Source of the DNA: Clostridia bacterium
Lineage (GTDB): Bacteria; Bacillota; Clostridia; Christensenellales; UBA1242
DNA: 38,987 bases
Direction: 5' to 3'
Assembly (NCBI GenBank): GCA_028694075.1
Contig: JAQUUD010000002.1
Coordinates: forward strand, 1-38,987
Shown here one piece after another: positions 19,903-32,800 of the stretch (the first letter of the stretch is position 1; every line of letters starts with the position of its first letter). A program made the position numbers and the translations under genes. The notes under the pieces are model-generated. The model was not told the DNA's origin and did no database searches. It worked only from the letters and a program-made list of their open reading frames with translations.

Positions 19903-21183
19903 ATGTATACAATAGAAAAAGGAAATAACAATTTATATAATATTGTTATTACAATTAATAAAAATGAATGGAACGATTATGTTGATATGGCTTATGAAAG
20001 AACAAAAGGTAAGTTCAATGTAAGCGGTTTCAGAAAAGGTAAAGTCCCGAGAAAAGTGATTGAACAGAATTATGGGACAAGCATTTTTTATGATGACGCA
20101 CTTGATGTTGCGTTCGGCGAACAATATGAAAAATTACTTGCAAAAGAAACTCAAATTGAGCCGGTTAGTTCGCCCGAAATCAAACTTGGCAAATTCGATG
20201 AAAGCGGGGTTGTTATTAATGTTAAAGTGCAAGGCACTCCTGAAATAAATTTAGGGACTTATAAGGGGCTTGAAATTGAAAGTGCCAAAGGCGAAGTCAC
20301 CGAAGAAAAGATTGATGCAGAAATTAATCAGCAAAGAGAAAAAATTTCAAGATTTGAAATTGTTCAAAGAAAAGCGAAAATGGGCGATTTTGTTACCATT
20401 GATTTCATTGGAAGCACGGATGGAGTTGAATTTGAAGGCGGACAGGCTGAAAATTATCGTTTGGAACTTGGCTCAAAAAGTTTTATAGATAATTTTGAAA
20501 ACCAGATTGTTGGAATGGAAGCAGAAGAAACTAAAATCGTTAAAGTTGCTTTTCCAGAAAATTATTTCTCAGCCGAGTTGAAAGGCAAAAATGCTGAATT
20601 TAAAGTTACGCTGAAAAAGGTTGAAGAAAAGCAGTTGCCTGAGTTGAATGATGAATTCGCTTCAAATGTAAGTGAATTTGACAAACTTGCTGATTATAAA
20701 AATGATATCAAAAAGCATTTGGAAGAAAGTTTAGAAGTTCAATTAAATAGAGAAACAGATAATAGGATAATCGATGCAGTTGTGGCTGAAACAGAAATAC
20801 AAGTGCCTGAAAGTATGGTTTCTTTGCAGATTGAAGATTTTGTTAAAGATTTTGAAACAAGGCTTTCTTATCAAAGTCTTACTTTGCAGGATTATTTAAA
20901 TCAAACAGGGCTTACTATTGAAAAATTAAGAGAAGAGCAAAGAGAGCACGCAATCAAGTCTGTTAAGACAAGATTACTTCTTGAAAAAATTATAAAAACT
21001 GAAAATTTAGAGGTGAAAGAAACTGAATTAGATGAGAAAATCAGTGAAATCGCTTCAAAATATAAAAAATCGCCGGAAGATTACAAAAAAAGCCTTAATG
21101 AAAGAGAGTTAATATACTTTGAAAATGGCATACTTATGGATAAACTTATTAAATTTTTAAGAAAAGAAAATAATATTATTTAA
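19903..21183 (+). CDS. tig: Trigger factor
   Basis: ATG at 19903 lies behind a GGGAGG SD. The GTG at 19876 sits inside a 5' UTR hairpin. Contains GFRKGKVPRKVIEQ (ribosome-binding signature GFRxGxxP) and a central FKBP-type segment (GDFVTIDFIGSTDGVEFEGG). Confidence 0.95.
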   Translation: MYTIEKGNNNLYNIVITINKNEWNDYVDMAYERTKGKFNVSGFRKGKVPRKVIEQNYGTSIFYDDALDVAFGEQYEKLLAKETQIEPVSSPEIKLGKFDESGVVINVKVQGTPEINLGTYKGLEIESAKGEVTEEKIDAEINQQREKISRFEIVQRKAKMGDFVTIDFIGSTDGVEFEGGQAENYRLELGSKSFIDNFENQIVGMEAEETKIVKVAFPENYFSAELKGKNAEFKVTLKKVEEKQLPELNDEFASNVSEFDKLADYKNDIKKHLEESLEVQLNRETDNRIIDAVVAETEIQVPESMVSLQIEDFVKDFETRLSYQSLTLQDYLNQTGLTIEKLREEQREHAIKSVKTRLLLEKIIKTENLEVKETELDEKISEIASKYKKSPEDYKKSLNERELIYFENGILMDKLIKFLRKENNII

Positions 21184-21375
21184 ATTATTGCAGTTGATTA
21201 AATTTATTATTTTAATTTCTAAAAATACATAAGTGATTTTAATATGTATAAAAAATTATAAGAAATTTTTAAAATGTTTAATTTTTTATAAAGATTAAAT
21301 TAGTGATTAATTTGAATTTTAAAAATAATTTAAATAGAGAAAGCATAATAAAAATATAATTATTTGGAGGTTTAA

Positions 21376-21987
21376 ATGCTTGTACCTTATGTTATTGACC
21401 AAACATCAACAGGAGAAAGGTCTTACGATATTTATTCCAGACTTTTGGAAGATAGAATTATCTTCTTAACCGGAGAAATTAATGATAGTGTTGCCAACAC
21501 AATAATTGCCCAACTTATTTATTTGGAAGGAAAAAATCCGGACAAGGATATTTATTTTTATATCAACAGCCCGGGAGGGGTTGTGTCAGACGGTCTTGCA
21601 ATTTATGACACAATGAACTATATTAAATGTGATGTTTCAACAATTTGTATTGGACTTGCTGCGTCTGCCGCGGCGCTTCTTTTGACAAGCGGAACAAAGG
21701 GCAAAAGATATGCTCTTCCGAACAGCCAAATTATGATACACCAACCGCACGCACAAGGAATTGGCGGGCAGGCAAGCGATATTGTTATTCGTGCAAAAGA
21801 AATTGAAAAAAACAAAGAAAAATTGAATCAAATTTTAAGCGAAAGAAGCGGTCAACCACTTAAAAAAGTTAAAGTTGACACGGATAGAGATTATTTTATG
21901 AGTGCAAATGAAGCGAAAGAATATGGACTCATAGATAAAATTTTTATTACAAGGGATAAAGAAATTAACGCTAAGAAAAAAGAATAA
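21376..21987 (+). CDS. clpP: ATP-dependent Clp protease proteolytic subunit
   Basis: Contains [29 protein letters not shown] (active-site Ser context) and IMIHQP. Confidence 0.97.
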   Translation: MLVPYVIDQTSTGERSYDIYSRLLEDRIIFLTGEINDSVANTIIAQLIYLEGKNPDKDIYFYINSPGGVVSDGLAIYDTMNYIKCDVSTICIGLAASAAALLLTSGTKGKRYALPNSQIMIHQPHAQGIGGQASDIVIRAKEIEKNKEKLNQILSERSGQPLKKVKVDTDRDYFMSANEAKEYGLIDKIFITRDKEINAKKKE

Positions 21988-22121
21988 ATAATTTTTTCTT
22001 GCAAAAGATATGTGTGATTAGATTAATTAAAAATAAATAATCCAAATATATTTAAATAATTAAAATACGAAAATAAAACAAATTAAATGATTTTCATATT
22101 ATATAATTAAAAAGGAAATTA

Positions 22122-23411
22122 ATGTTGAAAAGCGAGAACAATAACAATTTATCCTGCTCATTTTGTGGAAAACCGCAAGGTTTATCAAAAAGGCTTATTG
22201 CAAGCCCTGACGGCAGTTGCTATATTTGCGATGAGTGCGTGGAAATCTGCAAGGAAATAATAAAGGAAGATAAGATAACAGTGCTTGAGTCGATTTTAGA
22301 TTTGCCAACTCCAAGGCAAATTATGAACGAACTCAATGAGTATATTATTGGACAAGATGAGGCAAAACGTGTGCTTTCCGTTGCTGTTTATAATCATTAT
22401 AAAAGAATTAATTATAATCTTACAGCAAAAAAGGATAAAAACTCGATTGACGGAGAATTGGAACTTGAAAAAAGCAATATTTTAATGGTTGGTCCAACGG
22501 GCTCTGGAAAAACTTTGCTTGCAAAAACTCTAGCGAAAATTTTAAAAGTACCTTTTGCAACCGCTGATGCCACAACTTTAACAGAAGCGGGATATGTGGG
22601 CGATGATGTTGAAAATATTTTATTAAAACTAATTCAAAATGCTGAGTTTGACATTGCAAAAGCACAACGCGGAATTATCTATATTGATGAAATAGATAAA
22701 ATTGCACGAAAAACGCAAAATGTTTCAATTGCAAGAGATGTTTCCGGCGAAGGAGTTCAGCAGGCACTTTTGAAAATTATTGAAAGCACAATGGCAAGCG
22801 TTCCGCCACAAGGCGGAAGAAAACATCCGCATCAGGAAATGATTCAAATTGACACAACAAACATTTTATTTATTTGCGGTGGTGCATTTGTTGGGCTGGA
22901 TAAAATTGTTGAAAAAAGAATAAATGAAAGCAGTATTGGATTTAATGCGAAATTGAAATCAAACGACCAAGATGTAAATGAAACTGATTTAATAAAACAG
23001 TTACAGCCACAAGATTTAATTAAATTTGGTTTAATACCGGAGTTTGTGGGCAGACTTCCCGTTGTTGTCGGGCTTAATCCGCTCACCGAAAGTGCACTTA
23101 TTAAAATTTTAACAGAACCTAAAAACGCAATTATAAAGCAGTATAAAAAGATGTTCAAGATTGACAAAGTGGAACTTGTTTTTGAATCAGAAGCAATAAA
23201 CGCGGTTGCAAAAAATGCTTTAGAATTAAAAACGGGCGCTCGTGGACTTCGCACAATTCTTGAAGAATCAATGCTGGACTTAATGTTCAACACGCCAAGC
23301 GATTCAGACATTGAAAAAATTATAATAAGTAAGTCATATATAACAGAAAAATCTCAGCCAATTATAGAGCGTAAAGAAAAAATTGATGAGGCAAAAGAAA
23401 ATATTCTTTGA
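22122..23411 (+). CDS. clpX: ATP-dependent Clp protease ATP-binding subunit ClpX
   Basis: N-terminal zinc binding CSFCGK...CYICDECV, Walker A GPTGSGKT, Walker [10 protein letters not shown], and GARGLR. The gene ends with TGA. Confidence 0.97.
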   Translation: MLKSENNNNLSCSFCGKPQGLSKRLIASPDGSCYICDECVEICKEIIKEDKITVLESILDLPTPRQIMNELNEYIIGQDEAKRVLSVAVYNHYKRINYNLTAKKDKNSIDGELELEKSNILMVGPTGSGKTLLAKTLAKILKVPFATADATTLTEAGYVGDDVENILLKLIQNAEFDIAKAQRGIIYIDEIDKIARKTQNVSIARDVSGEGVQQALLKIIESTMASVPPQGGRKHPHQEMIQIDTTNILFICGGAFVGLDKIVEKRINESSIGFNAKLKSNDQDVNETDLIKQLQPQDLIKFGLIPEFVGRLPVVVGLNPLTESALIKILTEPKNAIIKQYKKMFKIDKVELVFESEAINAVAKNALELKTGARGLRTILEESMLDLMFNTPSDSDIEKIIISKSYITEKSQPIIERKEKIDEAKENIL

Positions 23412-23504
23412 AATTAAATTATTAAAGAAAAAACAATTTTATTAGATTGAAAAGTAACTTATTAAAAAAAATCATAATAATTAAATAAATAATAAATGAA
23501 AAAT

Positions 23505-23531
23505 AAAAATAACGAATTATTCGTTATTTTT
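23505..23531 (+). terminator. A/T-rich hairpin after clpX (probable terminator)
   Basis: AAAAATAACGAA / TTA / TTCGTTATTTTT, a perfect 12-bp stem running into a T-tract. Confidence 0.5.
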
Positions 23532-23793
23532 TTATTTATTTTATAATAAAATTATAATTTATTTCATTTTTTTTCAATTATTTAATATTTTTTATTAATT
23601 ATTTTAAGTTTTATATTATTTTAATTTACTTTCATATTAAGTTTGTAAAATTTATATTAATATAGAGTAAAAAAACTTTATATAAGATACTTAAAATAAT
23701 AGTAAAAATTTATTTGAAATGATAATAATGTTATTAAAAAATATTTAATTTTCTTGATTATATAAAAAAAATTTTGACCAAAAGGATTTTTAT

Positions 23794-23822
23794 TTGACTT
23801 AATTTGTAAAAAAATATATAAT
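23794..23822 (+). promoter_or_regulatory. Sigma-A type promoter of the giant ORF
   Basis: TTGACT (23794-23799), a 17-nt spacer, then TATAAT (23817-23822). The AGGAG SD at 23853-23857 lies 6 nt before the ATG. Confidence 0.6.
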
Positions 23823-23863
23823 TAATTAACTTATTTTGCAAATAATATAAGCAGGAGAAATTT

Positions 23864-26800
23864 ATGAGGTTTGTTAAGATTTTTTTGACTAGTTTTTTCT
23901 CACTTATTGGTGTGATTGGTATTATCATGGGCACTATGTGGTTATTTGGAACTTTTAACAAGCCCACTGTCAAACCAGAAGAAATCCATTTTGAATTAAA
24001 TGAATATTATGTGGATAATAATTTTATGATGGTAATTACATCTTCAACCGAAGATGTTGATGTAAATAGCATTACACTGTCGCTTAGTAATCAAGATGGC
24101 GAAGCAAATGATGAGGGATATATAACCGATGGAGTAATAATTATTCCAGAAAATGTAACGCTTGACACTCCATTTGCAGTTGAACTTGTTAAAAAGTATA
24201 ATGGTGAACTTTTAAAAGATTGGATAACGGGCGGAGTTTCAGAAATAACAGCAGAATCTGAGTCAATACTTACAATTGATACTTCCTGTAATGTTTTTGT
24301 TGACGTGCCGGTTGAAAGTGTTGGAATAAAAACTTATAAAAGCGATACCGCACAAGATGAAACGGATTCTTTTGCTTTAGGTGATAGTTTTTATGCTGAG
24401 GCAGTATTTCTTCCGGAATCAAGCAAATTTAAATTCAGCACAGATGAAACAAAAAAGATAATTTTTGACATAACGACAAATTTAGGCGCTTATATTGCAC
24501 AAAATGAAACAATGACGAATGAAAAGATAAGTGCAGGAACACCTTATATTCAAGGTTTTGATGTTTTAAAAACTTCTGACAACATTGTAATAAATGCATA
24601 TTGTTTTTATTCTGCAAAAATTGAAAATTATTATGTTGAGATGGGGAGTTCTGAAGATGATTTAATAAGGTATATGAATCAAACCTCAGCAGGAAGATCG
24701 TTTGCAGATAATTTGGTCTTCACAAAACGAACCGTAAATGGTTTTCAAATTTCTCAGTCAGATATAAAGAATTCTCTTAAATTTAATGACATTTCTTATA
24801 TTTATGCAAATAATCCTGCAGGCACATTGCCGAATTTGGGCATTAATATTTCTTCAAGTGACAACTCTTCAATTCAAAGTAAAATAAGTGATGTTGGAAT
24901 AAGGGCATTGATTAAAGATAATGGTATTTATCGTGAAGCCACAGAAAATGAAATTTTATTTACTGAGAGCAACAGAGTTGATTATGCTGAGAACTCAGCC
25001 GGCGAAGGTTTATATTTCAAAAACACAGAGCAACAATATGTTCTTCTAACCACAGAAATTGCTGTGCGATATAGTTTCAACGGAACAATATATGCTCAAA
25101 GCAACAAAGGTGCATATTATAAAGTTGGTGACAATTATGTTCTGATTACGGAAACTTATGGCACAACATATGATAAATATTATTTGCCAACACTTGTGCC
25201 AGTAAACGTAGATAATAGTTATTGGACTGTTATTGCTGTAAGTGAAAGCATAGAATATGTATTTGAAGTTAAGTTGTTCGAAAAAAATGATGTTATTCAG
25301 GAACTTGTAGAAACAACTTTACGCACTGTTGAAGAAGCATGGGTGGCTGATAGTGTTGTGCAAACCAATTTATCATGGATAAATGGCGAAGATGTTCAGT
25401 TGATTTTTGTTGATTCAGCAAACAATGGTGATAAGGATTATCAAGAATATAATTTGTCAGACAATATAGAAATTAAAAATTCTGATTCTACATATACGGC
25501 AGTTAGGTATTTGGCTTTTACAACCGACGACACTGGAGTTGACAGCATTATTCAAAATGTTCAACCAGCATCTAATTATGATTTAACAGGTTATAACATA
25601 CCTTATGCTTTGTATGAAATTAATGGGGATATTTTAAAATCATTTGGCGCGGGGACAGTTTGTGTTATTGCAGTTATTATTAAAACTGATTATTTGGGCA
25701 GACCAATGCTTGATGAAAATGACAAATATATTATTTTTGCAATTACAAAACCAAGTTCTGCAATTAAATCATATCAAGAATTGGTTGTAAATATTAATAA
25801 AACAATTCAAAACTTGAACGCGGAAATAACAATTAATGATGAGGCATATTTAAAAAACCAACCTGAAGAGGGCTTAACTGATATTAATAAGCTTGCATTT
25901 GTTCAGAATGAAAATGGTATCGTTTTCACAGTTGATATTACAATTACCGCAGATGAACATACGAACATACAAGATGAAATAAACTTGTTCGTAAATGCTT
26001 GGAATCAGGAAAGGATTTATTTGCAAGCTTATACTTTAAGTGGCATTTTGGTAAGTAATATATTATATTTTGAGCAAAATATTGATCAAAGTATGATAAT
26101 ATCATCATCAGACGGTGTGCTTGTGGGCTCAGCGTGGACTTTGCCGATTAATGTATACACGCTTGAATGTGACACTGACACTGAATTATATATCAAATTG
26201 ATATATGAAAAAACAAATGAAAAAATTTCAAGCACTTTCTTAACTGAAGTGAATTTGCCGTCTGAATTAAGCGATATTAATATTGTGGGCAATTCAACTT
26301 ATATCAAAGTTGAAGTGTATGACGGAAAGGCTTACGAAGCCGGATTTGCGGTTATAACCAGTAGTGATAATGCCATAGAAAAAAGTGTTGATATTATTCA
26401 AGGCGATTTGATTGAAGCAAACAAATATTATGCTTCTGAAATAAATTCAGCATATATGCTTGGTGGGGAAGATATAACTAATACAATTTTAGATGAAAAT
26501 GGTGCTTTTATTATAAAATTTTATGATAAATACGGGAATGAAATTCAAATTCCGGCAACCGATTATTCTGTGGCATCAAGCGGAACGAACAAGATTTTAA
26601 CTGTAACAAACTACTCGTCATCATTGCTTCCTGCTCAATTACCTTTAACGTCAACTCTTTATATTAATGAAACCGATACGGGTGAAATTCGTAATGTTGA
26701 ATTTAATGATGGAAATGTGCGAGAAGGTGCATTTGAATCAAAATATGTGGATATAACTTCAGAATATTTAGTTAATAACAATTATATTGCAAAAATAACC

Positions 26801-29800
26801 CGTTATGGTGCGGGTGGTTCTGTTATTCAAATTCTTGGAGCGGGCGGGCTTTTGAAATTTGAATACTTAGCAAACGACGGCACAATATATCAACTTCAAA
26901 ATGTTATAAAATATAACTTCACAACGCTTAATTGGGAGACCTCTTACAGCGGTTATTTAAGTTTAAGCGGGGATAATACCAGTATTTCAGTTTTAAAAAC
27001 AACTGGAACTGATATTATTTTAAACATTATTGCAGACACCGGTCTTGGCACAGTAATTTATATTGAACTTACAATTAAACCTAACATTTCTTCAACATAT
27101 AGGGTGCTAACCGACCAAACGGGAGCAAGTGATTTTGTATATCAAAATACTTATTATGGAATTTTTTCAGATAATGATGTTGCTGTTGAAATTACTCTGA
27201 ATATGATGCTTTATGAAACCTTTATATTGAGTTATTTAAGTGATGTAACAACCAACTTTTTATTTGATAACAACTCGACTTCATATACAATAAACAACAT
27301 ACTTGAAATTAAAATTACTTTGACGGTTCATTATAATTATAGCGAACTCGGAATGAAGACAATTATATTAAGAACAGACACAGGTCCGTACGATTATTCA
27401 AGAAATATTAATTTAAATATAAATCCAAATTTGGAACTCGTTGACTCTGAGGAAAATCTTTTAGAGAAAGACCTTGAATTTTCAGTGCCTGACACGGTTG
27501 TTCCGGTTTTGACAAGTGAAGATTATCAAAGAATTGTCAGCAATGAGATTATAAATATTGCAGGCATTACAATGAACATTGCAACTGTTTCCGATGGACC
27601 AGTTGAACATAGTCAAGTCTTCTTGATAAATAACAGCGGAAACTTGGAAACGATTGAAAATATTTTCACTGTGCAAGGCTTTGGAATAAGTTTAAATTCA
27701 GGCGCAACACTTGCCGGAACTTATCTTGTGATTTTAAATGTTGAATATGGAAATGTGGTTGTTGGTCAGATTAATCTTTATATTTCAACCGATATGAAAG
27801 CAAACTCATCAAGCCAGAATTATGAAAATTATTTTGCTGATTATAATGGAAAAACTCACTTGGTGCTTGTTTCTTTAAATCAATATGATTTGGTTTTTAT
27901 TTCTTTCCTTTTTGAGAATGTTAACACCGTTTACTTCAGCCCAACAGCAATGCAAAATGTTTATCAAATTTCAGATTTGAAATTAATTGTTGATAATTTA
28001 TATTCTTATACAAGCGGATACTATTTGCATTTATCAAATTCAGTTGGAACAATAACATATCCGGTTTTATTCTCGCCTTTAAACATAGGATTTTTAAAGT
28101 ATGACGAAGGCTCTGCGACAAATCCTGAGGCAACGGCTTCCGCTAACTCGGATATTGGTTATTTGTTAGACAGTGATTATTTAATAGAAAATCAAATTGC
28201 TGACGTTTATAACAGCGGAACAGAATCCTCTTTATTAAATGTGAATTTCTCACTGGATTTAAATGAAGATGATTATTCATTTAAAAACTTTGGCATTGAC
28301 AGTGTTTATTTGCTTGCTCATATCATTGGCGAGGGCGCAGGATATTATTATTATAGAGTTGATGGAATAGGAGTGCTTAACACAACTTATGATTTCTCGC
28401 TTGACTCGCTTTCATCAACTTGGACTTTGATTGAAAATGATAATATAATTTCAGCGGTATTTAGGTCGCCTAATCAGGAATTTATCGGTGTGTTTAGTGA
28501 AAACTCAGCCTTTTCGGAAGAAAATCAAATTAATCAAAACAAATCAAACGGGATTTCACTTGATATGTATAATAATTCAAGTACTTATTCGTATAGAATT
28601 ATTGATGAAAATGCAAATGGCACAGTGGATTTCAGTTCTTTAACCACATCAAATTATGCAAGTTATACACATAATAAAGCAATTCTAAAAACAGAATCTT
28701 TAACTGAAAATCATTTTGTTTGGCTTTTAGCATTAAAAAGTGACCAGATAGTTATGGCATATCGAATTTACATAATTGCTAATTCAGGACTTAATATATA
28801 TTATCCACACGGAAACGGCATTGGAACTTCTGCCGGTGATGGCATTGCAACTGATGAGGCAGAGTATATTTACTTTAAAACAACGGACGGTAATAATGTT
28901 ATTGATTTCAATCAAAATATTGCATCATATTTGCCAAACAGCATTGCCGGAACTGATATAAAAAGAGTTATGTTCCAGTACGGAAATGAAAATATTGGCT
29001 GGACAAATGCAACAAATTATACATTGTTCTATTCAATACACAAAATTTCAGTTAATGGTGTTGAAATAAAATCAACAGATTCGGGAGCAGGCACACTTTT
29101 TGCAACTTATTTGACTTTAAATGCACAAAATCAATTAACTTTTAAAAATACACCTGACACTTTGGTTATTTATATAAAAGTTACTGCTCAAATAGATGGG
29201 CAAGCATTGAATGCAACCGTTTATTATAAAGTGTTTGTAAATTATTCAGCAATTAATTATGCTTTATATTATTTAGACGAAAACGATAATTTAACCGGCA
29301 ATAAATTTACTCAAACATCAGCCCAAATTGATTATGGCGATACATATGATTTTTCTAATGTGGCACTTGTAAATGAGATTGACTCAACGTTAATTATAAT
29401 GAATGGAAATAATTATTATTTTTATTCAGCAGAGGGTAAAGATTTAACTGATTATGTGAATTTGGACATTGACAGCAAAACAATTTCAATAAATAATAAT
29501 ATTGAACTTGTAAGCGATTTGAAAGTGCACCTGATTATGTACACAATGTTTGGCACACTGATTGATATTGAACTAACTTTTAAATCCAGCATTGATTTTG
29601 TTTACAATTCGGCTCAAACCACAGTTGTATATAATTCAGAAACAAGTCAATATGAAGTATATTCAGACACAGAGTTTGATTTGACAAGTATTTTTAATGT
29701 AGAAACGCAAGGAACCGGCATTCCGGCTGATGTTTCTTATTGGCAATATTCGCTTGATAATGGGCTGACATATCTTAGCGGAAATGATATAATTTTTGAC

Positions 29801-32800
29801 CAAGCACAAGAAGGCGAATATCAAGTTATAATAAAAGTGCTTTTATCAGATTATGATAGCATTACATATAAAGATGATTATATAACAACAATTATATTGA
29901 AAATAAAACCAAGCATAATTTCAAATTATTCAGAATTAAATTTGCCTATGCAGTTAGCAGGCGGAATAATTGAATATCCGACCATTGGGGCAGGGCAACA
30001 AGAATTTTCAGATTTAATTTATGTTGAAAGTTCAGTGCTAATTGAAAACATTCTATTCAGCATTCAAAACTTAAATATTTTGGAAAGATATTCGCTTGGT
30101 GTGCAAGTTAAAGATGGAAATGAATATGTCAGCATTTTCTCTTTGGATTTGGCAAACAATAATTTTGTGCTAAGTTTTAGTTCTCCTGCTGACATAGTTA
30201 ATATTCGTCTGGCATTCACTTTAACACACGGCGATTATTCAATCACTTCATATTTAGCATTTCAATTAAAGCCTGATGTGTATTTACAAATCAATTATCC
30301 TAGCCCTGATGATGTTACAACTTATGATTCCGAAGCAGCATATTTAAGCGGAGAATATATCAACAATAGCAATTTGAATGACGCTTATAGTTATAGTAGT
30401 GATAACTTTACAGTGAGATTTAATCAGACAATGTCAGCATATTTTAAAACAACCAGAATTGTATTTAAAAACAACAGTGATGAGTCTGTAGATTATGCTG
30501 CATTATTAGATAGAGTTGTCATAACTGTTTCAGACATTTCAAACAACTTGGTTGCATCTTGCAGTAAAGATTCAATAGTTTTTTTAAACACGAACATTGA
30601 TTTAAGCGCTGGGGCATTGCTTAGCAGTAGTATTAACTTCCAGTGGGTTGGGACAACGCCAATTGCAACAAGCACAACTGGTTCAGTTACATTCTCTATT
30701 TATATTGATGGAGTGCATCGTGGTTTTTATACTATAATTTTCCATTCTGATATGCGTAATATATTTAGCATTGACATTAATCCACATAATCAGGTCATAA
30801 ATTATGGCGAAGGCGTTAATGCCGAAGTGTTCTTTGTTGAAAATGAAAATACCGGCGGTCTTTTCTCGACTAATGATGCCTTGTTAAGTTTCACTTTAAG
30901 GCAATCTTATGCAACTTCATTAGCAGGAAATACGGCAACTTGGGCGTTTTATCAAGGTTTCGTAAATGAAAACACTTTGCTTGAAACCATTACACTTAAT
31001 AGCACATCTTCTTTAATCCAAGTTGCATTAAGCGGACAAACTGAAATAACTCTTGAGAATATAATTATATTAATTAACGGCAATGAATATGTATTTAATT
31101 CATCTGCTCAAAACAGTATTTTTATAAGTTATGTGAACATTAGTGCTGGTTATAATTTAACATATCGTGCAACTGCATATTATTTAGGCACGCAAATTTC
31201 ATATAGCAAGTATGCCGAAACAATTACTTTTGACGATTTAATTGCAAGTGAATTCGTTATTAGCAAGAGTAATGTAGATGCAATCAACTCAGCAAGATTG
31301 GTTAATGTTGCAGTTGGCGGAGTTAGTTTTGCAAGTTATTATTACACACTTATATATGATTTCAAAATAAATCAAAATTCTGATTCTGAGCATTTCACTT
31401 TGGAAGTTTCTGCAGGCACTGAAATTGCAAGTTTAACAGACACATTTTCAGTAACTCGTTATAACGGAAGCAAGTTCACGGGGGATTATTTTTCAATAAA
31501 TCAAAATACTCTTGATGCCGAAGTGATTATGATAACAGATAGTGAATATGAAACAACAGGAAGTTCGGACAATATTAAATATCTAAATTCAACATATATT
31601 GAACATTATAAGCCTGAATATCTTTCAATTTCTTCGCTTCCTGAATTTTCTAATTATATTGATTATTTAAACATAAGTCCTTTGCAACAAAGCAATAAAA
31701 CTTATAACTTTGCAATAATGGCAAATGGCGCTGAAAATAATGGCAATTATGTTTATATAATAATCACTTTCAAAGCAAATGAAATAACAACGCATTTGGC
31801 ATATGCTGTTATTAAAATTTTTATTCAGCCAGTTTGGACTGCAGAATTTTATAATGAAGACCAAAATGCAAATGATGAAGAAAATCAATTTATAATTTAT
31901 TATGACGGACTAAGTTCAAACCAAATAACACCAATTATTCTTTCCGCTACAACTTCTGAAGAAAATCATATCAATATTTATCGTGGCAGTGATTTCAATT
32001 CGAATTTTGCAATGACCGGTTACTTTAAATATTTGATTCAAGGCGAATTAATTAGTTATTTAAAATTCGACGAACAATATAAAACAGGTGATTATTATTT
32101 CAATACGCTTAAAATTATGAATTCAACCAACACTGCAATATATGGCGATAAATCAGGTTATATAGAAATTTCTGATGCGTATGGCTTTGTGATGTATTAT
32201 TATATAACTTTAAGAGCACAATCCAATGAATCACTAAGTTACGCAAATCAAATCATAAATGCAACAGGATCTGATTTGTTTGAAGGTTCAACGATAAGCA
32301 TTGTTGATGTTGGATATAATCAAGATATTGATAATCCAATCAGCACAAACTATGCTCTTAAAATCAACCATTTGCAAGAATTGATTGATGAAGGCTATGC
32401 TTATGAAATAACTTATTTAATTGATGGCGTTACTGTGGAAAGTTATAACTCCGACCCAGATGCGACCAATTATAATACGGGAAAAATAACGGTTCAAAGT
32501 GCTTCGTTCTATACCACAACAACAGGCAGACAACCAGTGAATTTGCAAATTCAATTAGACATATCAAAAGGTGCTTATAGCGAAACCGTAATCATAAATG
32601 CAGGTATAAACATTGTAAAAAGATATACAGTTAACGGTTCGGGCAATTCTTATGTAAGAGATAATGTGCCGTTTAATATTTCAGATTATATTTATGTGCA
32701 TGATGCAAATATAAGTGAAGACATTGGTGAAATTTCATTATCAGAAAAACAATTTACTCTTGTTGTGCCTAGTGCTTATGTAGGCGCTGTGATTAGAGTT

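Noticed and set aside
22844-23311. 155-aa ORF antisense to clpX, and similarly 15289-15624 antisense to groEL
   Set aside because: These are typical shadow ORFs opposite highly expressed conserved genes. Their translations are low-complexity S/L/F-rich and they have no start signals.
23774-23800. Two RGTCAAA heptads (minus strand) upstream of the giant ORF, reminiscent of a CtsR operator
   Set aside because: They are 14 nt apart instead of the 3 nt of the CtsR consensus, and they are simply the complements of TTGAC -35-like hexamers. No such heptads lie upstream of clpP or clpX here.
23880-23886. Homopolymer tracts in the giant ORF (T7 at 23880-23886, T7 at 34903-34909, T8 at 35178-35185) as phase-variation switches
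   Set aside because: Runs of 7-8 A or T are common throughout this A/T-rich window, including in housekeeping genes. They are too short to argue for slipped-strand switching without read-level evidence.
23758-23973. 71-aa minus-strand ORF overlapping the start of the giant gene
   Set aside because: It overlaps the promoter, SD and signal-anchor coding region of a far better supported gene. Its translation is A/T-codon low complexity.
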